This document shows positions 38,625-52,090 of a stretch of DNA of 64,000 bases, piece by piece. A program made the translations under genes and the position numbers. Below the pieces are notes generated by a model. The model was not told the origin of the DNA. It ran no database searches and was given only the letters and a program-made list of their open reading frames with translations. Position 1 is the first letter of the stretch; every line of letters begins with the position of its first letter. The stretch comes from Octopus vulgaris. Taxonomy: Eukaryota. The stretch covers positions 55,366,001 through 55,430,000 of the forward strand of contig OX597818.1 of NCBI GenBank assembly GCA_951406725.2. The letters run 5' to 3'.

Positions 38625-41600
38625 CACTTGTGCCTATAGTAGAAAAGGATATTTAATTATGAAAGTATAATGGGATTTTTTAAACATCAAATAGCCATGA
38701 GGGCCCAGCTGAGTAAAACACGAATCTGAGGGGTCCATAGGTATAAAATGGTTAAGAGCCACTTCCTGAGATGAACCCTACTTCAGCCACTTGTGTTCAT
38801 GTTCATATTCTTTTGGACATTAGTGAGTCACTTAGCAAATTTTTTGAATATTGAAATAAAATTTCATTTGGAGATTTCCAATTAAATTTATACTGTCCTA
38901 AAATGTTTCTAGAATCCAAATGTACCAATATTTATAAACATGCCCCTCTTTTTATTGACAGATTAACTGCAGATTCAGAGCTATTCTCATGTCTTTCAAA
39001 TATATTTCTCCTTCACATCTTTTATTAACCCCATTATCTTAATGAGTTATAACTTTGGTTGCACCCCCTAATATCTTTTAGGAAATATTACAGTATCCGA
39101 ATTTTGATTATTCTTTGACATGATCTCATCTAAGTTATTTATCAATACAGGGAGAGTTTACGAAAAAAACAAAAGACGAAGACAGGTGGTGTACAAAGCA
39201 AACAGATGTATTAGTATAATGCTCAGGAATAGAAAAGGTCTTTAACATTTCGACCCTACACTCTTCTACAGAAAGGGAAACAGAAAAAACAAGGAGAGAA
39301 AAAAGCACTATTTGAAATATTATTCTTATTTAGGCTTGTATTATCAGTTTTCTAGCTGTGGTGTCTTGAGATTGCTAAGACACACAGACAGAAAGAGATC
39401 AGACTGTTTGACAGATATATATGTAAAGCAAAAGTGCCTGTAATTGTTATCGCCATATTAATATGGCAGTCTTATAGATATAAGACTAAAGCTGTCGCTG
39501 ATTAGCTCCATGAGGCCATCACCTTTATTTCATCTTTTCTGTGTGTTAGTATAGATCAGTGTTTCTTAACTGGGTTCCATATGGCCCCTGAGGGTCCATA
39601 TAACAGTTTGTGGGGTCCATGCAACAAAATAATGATGAATTGAGGATCCACAATAGTATTTTAAGAACCACTGAAAAAAATCTTGCTTTAGATGTAATGT
39701 ATTGGTATATATTGCAAGAAACAGCTGGGTTTCTTTCTCTAACATTTTACATGATTCAATCTACACAAGAGAATGTGTGAAAAACAAAATAGGAATTTTG
39801 AAAGAAGTTTCCTTAAAACTAGTTTTTAAACATTGAATGTCTGGCTATAGGGGTCCCACCAGAATAAAATAATAATCAAAGGGGTCCATGAATAAAAAAT
39901 GGTTGAGAACCCCTGAATTAGATTATACACAGAAGCCAGTAAATGTAGCTTTTAGGTGGCCACTTAACCTGCTAGAAACAATAGCTACATTTCCATTAAC
40001 CTATTCATTAATATATTTCTAAGTAAAACACACTCGTTATGAGTTCCAATTAAAATCTAAAAACATCATCAATTTAGACTGGTTTCATTAAACAACTGTA
40101 ACTATTTTATTTATCGATATATTAATGTGATATTTAGTCCACAATTGAAGAATCGGTTCTTAATCAATTCTATTGCATAACTTCTGTCTCAAAGTGACTC
40201 CAATTACAGGTAAATACATGTAAACCAGTGGAGACGTGTGGCTTAGTGGTTAGGGTGTCAGCACCATGATCGTAAGATTGTGGTTTCGATTCCTGGACTG
40301 GGCGACGCGTTGTGTTCTTGAGCAAAGCACTTCATTTCACGTTGCTCCAGTCTACTCAGCTGGCAAAAATGAGTAACGCTGCGATGGACTGGCGTCCCAT
40401 TCAGCTGGGGAACATATACACCATAGAAACCGGGAAACCAGGCCCATGAGCCTGGCTAGGCTTTAACCCTTTAGTGTTTAAACCGGCCATATCCGGCCAA
40501 AAGTATTCTGCCTGTTTTATATTCAAACTGGCCAGATCTGGTCTCTCACACCAACCCTACAATATCGTTTTAAAAATTAACAGCTACCTCATCAAAATCT
40601 CATAGCTACAAGATAATGCATGATTAGTTCAAAACAATGTGGATAAAGAAGCATTAATTTTGGTAGAATAATGTGAACACTAAAGGGTTAAAAAGGGTGC
40701 ATTTTTTATTTTTACATGTAAATCACAGGTCGTCTTTTTTCTTGGTTTGTTTAGTTTCTGTGCAACAGTTTGTTTCCATAGTGATCTCTTCAAACATGCT
40801 TACATTTTCTTGATTTCTTCATATCTTCTGCTGAAAAGCCCTCAAATTCAGAATCCTTGATTGATAGCACAAAACTGTTATCCATTTTAAAAGTTGAAAA
40901 CATCACAGCTCGGACACCACATCAAACAATGTCAGATACCGTAACTCAACTATTTACAAAATGAAATCAAGTACTGATGAGATTTGTACTGAAATTCACA
41001 TTTAAATTACTTTCTTAACCATAATTTTGGATTTGTATGGACTCTTGAGTTCATGGGTCACAGGACGGCCTGCTGTGGTTACCTTGGATTGTAGGGCAAC
41101 CTGCTGTGCTTCAGAACTATTGAGTCAAGTACATCAACATCAAAATAAAAATCAATGAAAATTGTAGTTGTGATACCTGTGCCGGTGGCATGTAAAAAAC
41201 GCCATCCAAACGTAGCTGATGCCAGCACCACAGTGACTGGCGTCCGTGCTGGTGGCACGTAAAAAGCACCAACTGATCATGGACGTTGCCAGCCTCCTCT
41301 GGCCTCTATGCCGGTGGCATGTAAAAAGCACCCACTACACTTATGGAGTGGTTGGCGTTAGGAAGGGCATCCAGCTGTAGAAACACTGTCAGATGAGCCT
41401 GGTGCAGCCTCCTGGCTTCCCAGACCCCGGTCAAACCATCCAACCCATGCTAGCATGGAAAACGGACGTTAAAAGATGATGATGATAATGAAATATCAAT
41501 GGGTCACTCAGCCAGGTTGGTAACAAAAGGGTCAAATCATACTATTGTATTAAAACCATTTATAGATGACAGATACCAGAGAAAAGAGACTGGTTGTGTC

Positions 41601-44600
41601 TTTGAAACATTATCTGTCCTGATCCTCAGAAATTCTACTAAAATACCCTTTTTCTTTTTGTGTGTTTTTCATTGGTATAACAGTTCACCACTAATAAATA
41701 CTTGTAACATTTTCCTTTCTAACATACAAATATAAGACCGCTGCTATGATGTGCCTTCCATGAATGGATTGAACTCAGATGAATAACCAATCAGTTGAGC
41801 TGTGATATCAGTAACACTCACAAAGTTGGTACAGTTTATCTCGCAACACACACTTCTGCTGCTATTGTCTTCATTCTTCTCGTCCTTTTTTCTTCCTTTT
41901 TTTTCTTGTATACTCTTTTACTTGTTTCAGTCATTTAACTGTGTCATCCTGGAGCACCACCTTTAGTCGAGCAAATTGACCCCAGGACTTATTCTTTGTA
42001 AGCCTAGTACTTATTCCATCAGTCTCTTTTGCCAAACCGCTAAGTTACGGCGACGTAAACACACCAGCATCAGTTGTCAAGAAATGTTGGGGGGAGGGAC
42101 ACAGACACACAAACATATACACACACACACATATATATATACACATATATGCGACGGGCTTCTTTCAGTTTGTCTACCAAATCCACTCACAAGGAGTAGA
42201 AGACACTTGCCCAACGTGCCATGCAGTGGGACTGAACCCAGTACCATGTGGTTGGTAAACAAGCTACTTACCACACAGCCACTCCTACGCCTATGTATTT
42301 TTTTTTTTTTTTTTTTGTACTTGTTTCACTCATTTAACTGCGGCCATGCTGGAGCACCGCCTTTTACTGAAAGTTTGCAGGGATCACCACCTCCTGCAGG
42401 AGCCTCGTGCTTTTAGGTGTTTTTTCAATAAACAACACATTGGGAAGTTCGAAACCGCGATCCTCCGACCGCTAACCACTAGGCCATGTTCATAATTTCT
42501 CTCAAGTCCTCATTTAAGCCTGCTAAGATTTTGTCTGAAATCTATTCAGAAAGTCCTTTAATCAGCATTTAAACTAAGGCGAGCTATTCAGCTCAGATAT
42601 CCTACCCATTCTATGTTCAAACCAGCCAGATGCAGCCTCTCACACCTACCCTACAATGTCATTCTTAAAATAAGCAATCACTTTGCTTTTCATCCTTTAA
42701 TGGGGTCAAGACAATGTGAAGTACCAGTTGTGTACATTTAACGCAATCTACTCTGACTAGCCCCCTTCCCCAAAATTTTGGGCCTTGGTTAGAGTAAAAA
42801 GGATCTCATAACATCTCTTCAAATAGCGGTGCCTTTGTCATGGCCAAAGCTCATGAGCTGAAGCTAGATGAAAGAAACTATTTAAAAGTTAAGTGATCTG
42901 CTTCAAAGTGTCAATGATCTTATAATAAGAAACCAAGATCATTCCATATTTAACCCTTTAGTAAAACAGGCAATATTTAAGTAAGATTTTGGTCTGTGAT
43001 TCCAGATATTTGTCTGAGACTTAAAATGTCAAGTTTTAATGCCACAGATCTCATAACATTTTTGTAAGGCGGCGAGCTGGCAGAAACGTTAGCGCACTGG
43101 GCGAAATGCTTAGCGGTACTTTGTCTGTCTTTACATTCTGAGTTCGAATTCCGCCAAAGTCAACTTTGCTTTTCATCCTTTTGGGGTCGACAAATTAAGT
43201 ACCAGTTGTGTACTGGGGTCGATCTACTCGACTAGCCCCCTTCCCCAAAATTTTGGGCCTTGTGCTTAGAGTAGAAAAGGATCTCATAACATTTTTCTCC
43301 TTTGTCATGAAAGAAAGCAAGGAAGCTAGTTAAGAAACTATTTAGATTTTTATTCTTCAAAGTGTTGCTGACCTCAGCCATTTAATACCAACTCTTCTTA
43401 GAGTCATTCTTGCACTTGTTCCTCCAGCTTTTTCTTATAATAATTCTAACTTTTTCCCATCTAACTCCACCATCCTTAAAAACCTGATTGAGAGAGAGCC
43501 TCTGTTCAGAGATGGATCTTTAGAGGTTAACAACTGTGATGTTACTATTCCCATCCATAGTTCTTTTATTTTTATATTCATTTACACGTTTCAGTCAGTT
43601 GACTGCGGCCATGCTGGAGCACCACCTTAAAGGGTTTTTTTTTCTTTTGTCGAAGTAATCAACCCCAAGACTTATTCTTTGTAAGCCTAGTGCTTATTCT
43701 ATCTTCCTTTTGTCGAACTGCTAAGTTGCGGGAACATAAACACACCAGCATTGGTTGCCAAGTGATGATGGGGGAACAACTACACACAATTACATACATA
43801 TATATATGTATATGTATACACACACATATATGTTAAGGCACAATGGCCCAGTGGTTAGGGCAGCGGACTCACAGTTATAGGATCGCGGTTTCAATTCCCA
43901 GACCGGGCCTTGTGAGTGTTTACTGAGCGAAAACACCTAAAGCTTCACGAGGCTCCGGCAGGGGGTGGTGGTGATCCCTGCTGTACTCTTTCACCACAAC
44001 TTTCTCTCACTCTTTAAAGACAGATTGGAAGATTTAGCTGTGTCTTATGTAAAAGCTTTTTTGTATGTGTGTGTGTGTGTTTATATTGGCTTGCCCTAGA
44101 GAAAAGGGGCCATGTCCATAACCCTCGAAGATTGGTACTATTGTTGATATTAACGTTTCGGTTAAACTCATTAAACTTAATGGCTGCAGAAAGACAGAGT
44201 TCCACAAGACCAACGTTTTGAAGAGGAAGAACTGGATGTAGATGTGGGCCCAGGGTGGTGGTTGACATTATGTGTGACAAAAGGGTGACAAGTAAGTCCA
44301 GAATGGGAGGTCATGTGAACAGCCGTCTTTATAGAACAGAGTTCACTAATCGAAGTAGAAAAGACAAAATGGAAACAGTGGGCCTCTGTCAGAGATCGGA
44401 TGGAGTGATTGTGAACGTTTTCACATCAATCGCTTCAGTGGCTTTTCTATAGATGTGATTTGAGAGTCTATGTGTACAGCACAGGAGGCGCAATGGCCCA
44501 GTGGTTAGGCCAGTGGACTCGCGGTCGTAAGAACGCGGTTTCGATTGCCAGACCGGGCATTGTGAGTGTTTATTGAGCAAAAACACCACGCGGCTCCGGC

Positions 44601-44779
44601 AGGAGGTAGTGGTGAACCCCGCTGTACTCTTTCACCATAACTTTCTGTCACTCTCTCTTCCTACTTCTGCCACAAAGCAGAGGAACTATGGTGTGGTAAA
44701 CTCTCAGACGCCTAGTCTAGATTGCGAATCCTCTGTACCCCAGGATGGTTCAGCTCTCCACCCGTTAAAACGGTGTTAT

Positions 44780-45900
44780 CCTCCACCGTTTACGATATGA
44801 GGATAACAACGTAGCTTTCGCGCCCGTGCAACCGCCAGTTTATCACGTGTGGTGGGTGGATACTCAAGTTTCCACACGCATTCTTAGTAGCTTAGAGTAG
44901 GCTCGAATTAGAGATTATTCTTTGTGGCTAATGGCGAGAGTCCTGATTGGAAGAAGAAGAAGCAGCAGCAACAGAAGCATTCTCCCAGATATGAGAACAG
45001 TATGCAATTGTGGGTCTTACGTAAGCTTTGTAGTGGTTAGGAATTAATAGGGGCCAGATGTAGTTTCTGAATTTGAAGAGGAAATGTCGTTGCCGTGTTG
45101 AAAAAGTGCGTTCGTCAGGAGAGATCTTCAGTGCTGCTGAGAGTTGTATTCTAACCAAACGGTCTTCTGTATCACGTGATACACGAAACATATCTCCATG
45201 GTGTCCATGCGTCATATATGATACATGTTTCCAGTTTATTTTTGTTTTTGTTTTTTCAACCGCTAGAATAATTTGGGGCTAATGGAAAGAAACAAAAGGC
45301 TAACTAAAGGTCCTGAAAACAAACATGAACGTTTAGAACAGACTTCTGAAAATGCTTTGGACAGACAAAGGGTTAAGTGATGGTGTGAGTGTAATAGAGG
45401 TTGAAGTAGTTTTAGGGAAGAGCCACCCGGAGTATGTAGTGTAGATTTGGATGTGTCTGTAGATTTACAAATATGTACATAGTGCACTATGTTGTTGCAA
45501 CAAGATGCAGATTTACCGGCAGATCTAACAATACAAAACCCATTACTGGTTGACATTAAAGAATGAAGAAAATTTGGGGGCGTTTGAGGAGGTTATTGTT
45601 TAATTGTGGTCTCTATGACGTTTGAGAAGCTAGAAAGGAGCACGACCGGACGGTGGTTGGCAAAGTCAGAGAATTTGCCTTTCTTGGGAACGAGACACGC
45701 TAGATTGTGCTCGCAAAGATCTGGATATATCGGGAGATTGGAAGATTTTAACGAGAACAGGAGTTAGCTGTGGACGTGTATTATCTGTGCATAATATGAG
45801 TTGACGTGGTTTTTGGGAAGAGCCGCCCGGAGTACATAGTGTAGACCTGGATGCAACCCGTAGATTTACAAACGTGTACATGGTGCAATACGATTGCTGC
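44780..45900 (-). mobile_element. Decayed CR1/L2/Jockey-group LINE reverse-transcriptase fragments
   Basis: Minus-strand motifs GKFSDFANHRPVVLLSSFSNVIET, NGFCIVRSAG, LSKAF and YKAYVRPTIAYCSHIW in RT order. Confidence 0.7.
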
Positions 45901-47000
45901 AGGTTCTAATAATTAAACAGTGCCAAGTTTTCGGAAGTTATTTGTTTTGGTAATGTAGGAGAAGAAGCGCAAGACGGTGTGGATTAGTAGACGTTGGTTA
46001 AAATGCCATGTAATTGCTATTACGTTCCGAGTTCAAATTCCTCTGAAGTCTCCTCGATCGTAGGTCTACTTGTGTTGAGGTTTACTGGATGGAATAAGAT
46101 TATGTTTTCCTGACATGTACAGTGCTTTTAGCTCTGTTATTGGAAGACTGGTATTGTCCCATTTAAGGCGGCGAGCTGGCAGAAACGTTAGCACGCCGAG
46201 CGAAATGTGTAGCAGTATTTCGTCTTCCGTTACGTTCTGAGTTCAAATTCCGCCGAGGTCCACTTTGCCTTTCATCCTTTCGGGGTCGATTAAATAAGTA
46301 CCATTTCTTTACTACCCACAAGGGGCTAAACACAGAGGAGACAAACAAGGACAGACAGACTGATTAAGTCGACTATATCGACTCCAGTGCGTAACTGGTA
46401 CTTATTTAATCGCCATCTTCTAAACCGGAGATCCATTTACTTAAGACCCTCAGCGATGACTGGACTTAACCCATTCAACATTGCCATGGCAACTGCGACT
46501 ACCAGAAAAAAAAAATATTGTCTTCGCATGTGTCTTCAGAATTTTGGTTTTTCTTTTGTTTTGTTTTTAACCCTATTCCTTGATTCTCCATCACACAATG
46601 TCAAGGATGATGTCATCCTCAGCTGTTAATCATTCCACTGTCATCTTTACTTCTCCCATCATTGTCTCTCCTACATGACAGAAGACTCCTTTTACACACA
46701 CGCACGTATACACTTTATTTGTGGACTAACAAGGCAACCAATGCTTTCATGCAAAGATATCTTCACAATTGCTCGAGCGTGCCACATGGGAGTATTGGTA
46801 CTCAGCTCCATTTTGGATGAGAATACACAAGTTTACACGAGACGGAACTATATATATATATGAGATAATGGTATCATTGAGACCCAAAGGTGTCAGGTAA
46901 TGCTGAATAAGTGCTATAGACAGACCATAGTTAAGATCCAGATTCGGTAATATTGCGAATAAAGGGTTAAACGTTGGTTCTATGTCAGCGTATGTGTATA

Positions 47001-47405
47001 AGAATATTCTGCATAATAAGATTTAAAAAACCAAGGCTGTATAGATATTAGAGCATTTATAGATGCTCTAATATCTATACAGCCTTGATTTCTTTTTATC
47101 TTATTACGCAAAATATTCTTTTTATATATATATATATATATTTCGCTTTTGGATTTGGTTTGCCAGATTCCTTATGTGAGTTACTGTTGTGTCAAGGAAG
47201 AGTCATTCTCTTTTAGTGCCTAATAATTCAACACACTCACCGGTAATATTTCCACTTATTTGTTTTTTTATTTTTCTAAAATTTTCGTTGCGTCTTGCAA
47301 CCTTTTCAATAGTTTTGACGAAAATTTTAGAAAACAAATAAGTGGAAATTTTACTGCTGTGTTAAATTATAAGCCACTAAAAGAGAATGACTCACCCCAG
47401 ACACA
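47001..47405. repeat. Two adjacent fold-back palindromes (about 47001-47118 and 47188-47405)
   Basis: caaggctgtatagatattagagcat/atgctctaatatctatacagccttg and gagtcattctcttttagtg/cactaaaagagaatgactc. Confidence 0.8.
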
Positions 47406-47506
47406 GAAGTATATATGGGACACATAAGCAACTTTTAGCTACATTGCAATTGTTCCTTTGGATTTCTCCTATTATTTGTAAGCTCTCTCTCTCTCTCTCT
47501 CTTTCT

Positions 47507-47549
<43 letters not shown>

Positions 47550-48212
47550 TATATGTAAAGATGTCTTAAGAATTTAGAAACTTAGGATCGGTCAATATCG
47601 AAGTAATATTAGGTTAAAATCTTTTTCAATAGAAAATATTTCACAGGTACCCTTCGACCTTTTCCATCCAAAGGGTTTTTAACTCAGTATTTTCACGCGC
47701 GTGTGTATGCGTGCGCGCGCGACACACGACTTTTTTTGCTGTATATCTCAATATTCAAATGAATCATTCTTTTCTAGTTTCTATGAAAAGAAAAGGCAAA
47801 AAAAAAAAGTAAAAAGAAACATTGCGCCTATGCATTTATATAAATATACATGTCTATATAAACATGTATGTATTGATATATACACAAATATATATTTTAT
47901 CCGAAAGATTGTTCTCGCTACACACGAACCGTTCAGTTTTACAAAGGGTTTTGGAAGATGTTGTCCTCGTCTGACAGCGAGAAAACTTTCAGTTTCTTTC
48001 AAATAAATAAACTACATGCATCGTATACGTTTTCCCTCATTTGTGCCTAAAAGCGTGTACATAATTCGCTTTAATACTTTCACTGAGATTACATTGTTAA
48101 AGTTTCACAAAAGTCAGAAAGAGTTCGGATGATTAACCCAGAGAGTCAAGCATTCGAACGATCTGGCTTTTTTTTTTTTTTTTTCATATGTTTGAAATTT
48201 TAAGTAATACGG

Positions 48213-48955
48213 GGATCTGAGGATCTTTAACCTTTTGACCGACAGATTTAAAAAATAATTTTTTTGTAACTAAACACTTTCAAACTTCGGACACTGGTAG
48301 AATGTATCATATAAAACATCTTTTACTCTTGGCGTTGTTGAGAAAATTCTGTATGTTGGAAGTTATTTTTTGTTAAAGTAGTCGTATTTCGGTTATTTCA
48401 ACCAATCAATGACGTGTATTCAGCCGAATAAAATTACTGCCGTTGTTTGTCAACAACAACTATCGGCGGTGTATATTTCGTTTTTCACGGTTATTTATGA
48501 CATCGTTTGTGCGTTTGTACTGGTTTTAGCTTAAAGGTTTTAGGGTTGGGGTTTTATGGTTAGAGTTACGGGGAAAAAATGAAAAAATAAAGCACGAACG
48601 ATTGTGGTGGTGTCATGAAGTAAACATGCTTCAGATAGACTCGTTTATTCATACGAACGAAACTGAGATGAAATATGTCATAAATAACAGTGACAAACGA
48701 AATATACACCGCCGAAAGTTCTTGTTGACAAACAACAGCAGTAATTTTATTCAGCTGAATACATGTCATTGATTGGTTGAAATTACAGAAATACGACTAC
48801 TTTAACAAAAAATAACTTCCAATATACAGAATTTTCTCAACAACGCTAAGAGTAAAAGATGTTCTGTATGACACATTCTACCAGTATACGAAGTTTCAAA
48901 GTGTTTAGTTAAGGAAAATTAGTTTTTAAATCTGTCGGTCAAAAGGTAAAGATCC
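48213..48955. mobile_element. Long-arm fold-back relative of the GGATC MITE
   Basis: Inverted arms of about 280 bp; TSD taatacgg/taatacgt. Confidence 0.8.
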
Positions 48956-49670
48956 TAATACGTCAAGTTTTATCTCAATATAAACTCTACAAAACGCGTT
49001 GAGTACTCTATCTTCCGTTTCTACAAAACACACACATACTCTCTCATATATGTGCGTGTTTTTTTTAATGTTTATATAACTGTACACACGAATACGTATT
49101 CACTAACCATTTTGCAGTTGTATACCTATGTGCCTGTGAGTAATTTCACTCTACATACACAACCATATACATGCAATTACGTTTTTATCACATCATACAT
49201 ATTCACAAATACACATACCTCAGCGCGTACGTATGTGTGAGTGTGTGACGATTTTCATACGTAGTTGTATATTTTGTAGTTTGTTTCCACTTATGTAAAT
49301 ATTATTGGCTAAATGAAATTTTAACATTACAAAGAAAGTTTTTTATACAAAAAAAAAATTGATAATTTTTCAACAAAATTCTGGGTAGGTGTTGTGTACT
49401 TTTTCACCCAGATAAAACAACGGTTTTTTTATACGAGAATAAGTGTCAATAAATTTCAGTTTCCAAGCTTTTTAATATTTTAATGGCTTTTGTTAATTTT
49501 GTTGTTGTTTAACTCCAGAGCAGCGTTGATCGGACAGGACTAGCATAAAAAAACATTCTAACTCTGCATGACCATCTTGTCTTTTATTCAAGCAATGTAT
49601 TTAGGACTAAACGGACATTTTGTTAAGGTGGTAAGGTGTGATTTCATTATTATTTGGATTGTTATTTGTA

Positions 49671-50063
49671 CTAGCAGCATCACCCGGCGTTGCTCGGGTT
49701 TGTTTCGACCCTTTAGAATTGGAATTTTTGAAAAGTAAAAATTTTGCATTATGTAGCTTGTTATTCTCTTTAAGTGAACATTTTTCTGGTTGAAATACAT
49801 CGAAAAATGTCGACACAGCAGCAAAAAATCGTAAACAATAGGGATTTTCATAGAAAAAAAGGGCACCTTTTCGATGTTAATAATTTTTGGTGTTAACATG
49901 GTCCGATTTGAATTTTTTCTTCCACAGAAGGAAGAGCAAGCCTTCTTCTATCATACTCTCAATTTTGGTCAACTTCCGCCGCAGGGTCTCGGAGAAGATA
50001 GTGTTAGTTGAAAGCTACCAAATCTGCCATACACAGACAACTTCAGCTTTATATATAGAGAGA
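49671..50063 (-). mobile_element. Non-autonomous Helitron
   Basis: Same hairpin and CTAG end on the minus strand; homologous to 50842-51229. Confidence 0.8.
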
Positions 50064-50841
50064 TTAGGTCAAACGACTATATAGAAGCTCCCTCGAGTGA
50101 GCGAGTGAATTCGTGAGCGAGTGAGCGATCGAGTGAACGCATGAGTAAATGAATGCACGAACGCGTGCATGACAGAATTTGCTCTCTCACATTATTACAG
50201 AGCTACGTTTAACAAAAATTCTTGTTCCAGAATTTAAAACACCGAATGTCAAAATCCTCAGGAACTATTTGCTAATGCCGTTACCTTTTGCTCGAGGGCT
50301 ACAGGTAAATACCCTTGCTTAGGACGGTGCAGTTAATAATTAAGGCGGCGGGCTGGCAGAAACGTTAGCACGCCGGGCGAAATGCTTAGCAGTATTTCGT
50401 CTGCCGCTACGTTCTGAGTTCAAATTCCGCCGAGGTCGACTTTGCCTTTCATCCTTTCAGGGTCGATAAATTAATTACCAGTTACGCACTGGGGTCGATA
50501 TAATTGACTTAATCCGTTTGTCTGTCCCCTCTGTGTGTAACCCCTTGAGGGGTAGTAAAGAAATAGGTACAGTTAATAATGTTTTCCCTGCACTAACGGT
50601 GGGAGCTAGCACGCCCGAGAATGACTTGTTTGGTATCTAATCGGACCCCGGAAACGCAAAGTTGACCTCAGCGAGATCTGAACCCAGAACACAAATACCG
50701 CAAAGCATTTTTTCTCCGACACTCTTAAGCAATGGTTCTCATCCATTTTAATATCCGGGTTAGATCCAAAATCTAGATTTTACTTGGAGGAACGCACCAA
50801 AAAAAAAGAAAAAGTAAAACGCAAGTCACTTAAAAGAACAA

Positions 50842-51229
50842 TCTATATATATAAAGCTGAAGTCTGTGTATGGCAGGCTTGGTAGCCTTCAACTAACACC
50901 ATCTCCGAGACTCTGTGTACCCCAAGTTGACCAAAATTGAGAGTATGATAGAAGAAGGCTTGCTCTTCCTTCCGTAGAAGACAAAATTCAAATCGGACCA
51001 TGTTAACACCAAAAATTATTCACATCAAAAAAGTGCTTTTTTTTCTATGAAAATCCCTATTTTTTTACGATTTTTTGACTGCTGTGTCGCCATTTTTCGT
51101 TGTATTTCAACCAGAAAAATGTTCACTTAAAGAGAATAACAAGCTACATAATGCAAGATTTTTACTTTTCAAAAATTTCAATTCTAAAGGGTCGAAACAA
51201 ACCCGAGCAACGCCGGGCGATACTGCTAG
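50842..51229 (+). mobile_element. Non-autonomous Helitron
   Basis: a|TCtatatat...cccgagcaacgccgggcgatactgCTAG|t. Confidence 0.8.
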
Positions 51230-51859
51230 TATATATTTATTGAGCGAAGACTGTCGAGGGTGCCTGAAGGTCGCGTATGGCCCTGGGAGCCGTGTTTAAA
51301 AACCGCTGTTGTAAAGAGTTTGCGGCTTTTTCGTTGTTCTTTTAAAGTTATAAAACAGTAATTGCATCAAATTTTGGTACAAGGCCAATAATTTTCGGGG
51401 TGGGAGTAAGTATATTACATGGACTCCAGTACTTGACTGTACTTATTGTTATTGACCCCTAAAGAATGAATGTCGAAGTTGACCTTCGCGGAGTTGAACT
51501 CAGAACGTAAAGAACGGAAGAAATGCCGCTAAGCATTTTTCCAGCGTGTTAACGATTCTGCAAGCTCGCTGTCTGATATGTTAAAATAAATAGCACAAAC
51601 TGAAATATATCCTTGCAAAATATTAAAACAGTTGTAATTGGTGGTAGTCGTGGTGGTATAGTCGCTGGCAGGTCTCCAGTGTACTATAAGATTTAGCAAA
51701 GTAAAAACTGAAATGAGAAGAAACTGTGGTTTCGTAGAATTAGTTTTGGGGAGAACGTAAATTATATTGCCGTGAAGCAACTAATATTTTGGGACGACGC
51801 TCTTCGTCTGAAAGAGAGGGGTGGGGAGGAAAGAGGAAAAGTAATAACGTCAGTTGGAC

Positions 51860-52090
51860 TGTGGAGCAAGTAAAATACTTGCCAACAACACAAAGCTCTC
51901 TGACAGGTTCATGATCGAGCCTGTGGTAGTGGAGATCTCCGGCGTTCTCGGCCCCTGGACCGTATACTTGCTCACCGCGTTAAAGGCGGAGGTGGCTTTC
52001 TGCAAGTCCCGTGAGTCAGAGTGGTTGTTCCAGCGCATTACTTTCACCACCTCTTGGGGTAACGTCTATTCCATTTTTTTTCTGCTGGGA
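51860..52090 (+). mobile_element. CRE-type non-LTR retrotransposon 3' fragment (restriction-like endonuclease C-terminus)
   Basis: FMIEPVVVEISGVLGP...RESEWLFQRITFTTSWGNVYSI resembles the PxAxETxGxxGP...QRISxAIxRGN tail of CRE elements. Confidence 0.7.

Noticed and set aside
43837-43910. tRNA genes at SINE heads
   Set aside because: They continue into SINE bodies and lack a complete cloverleaf or acceptor stem.
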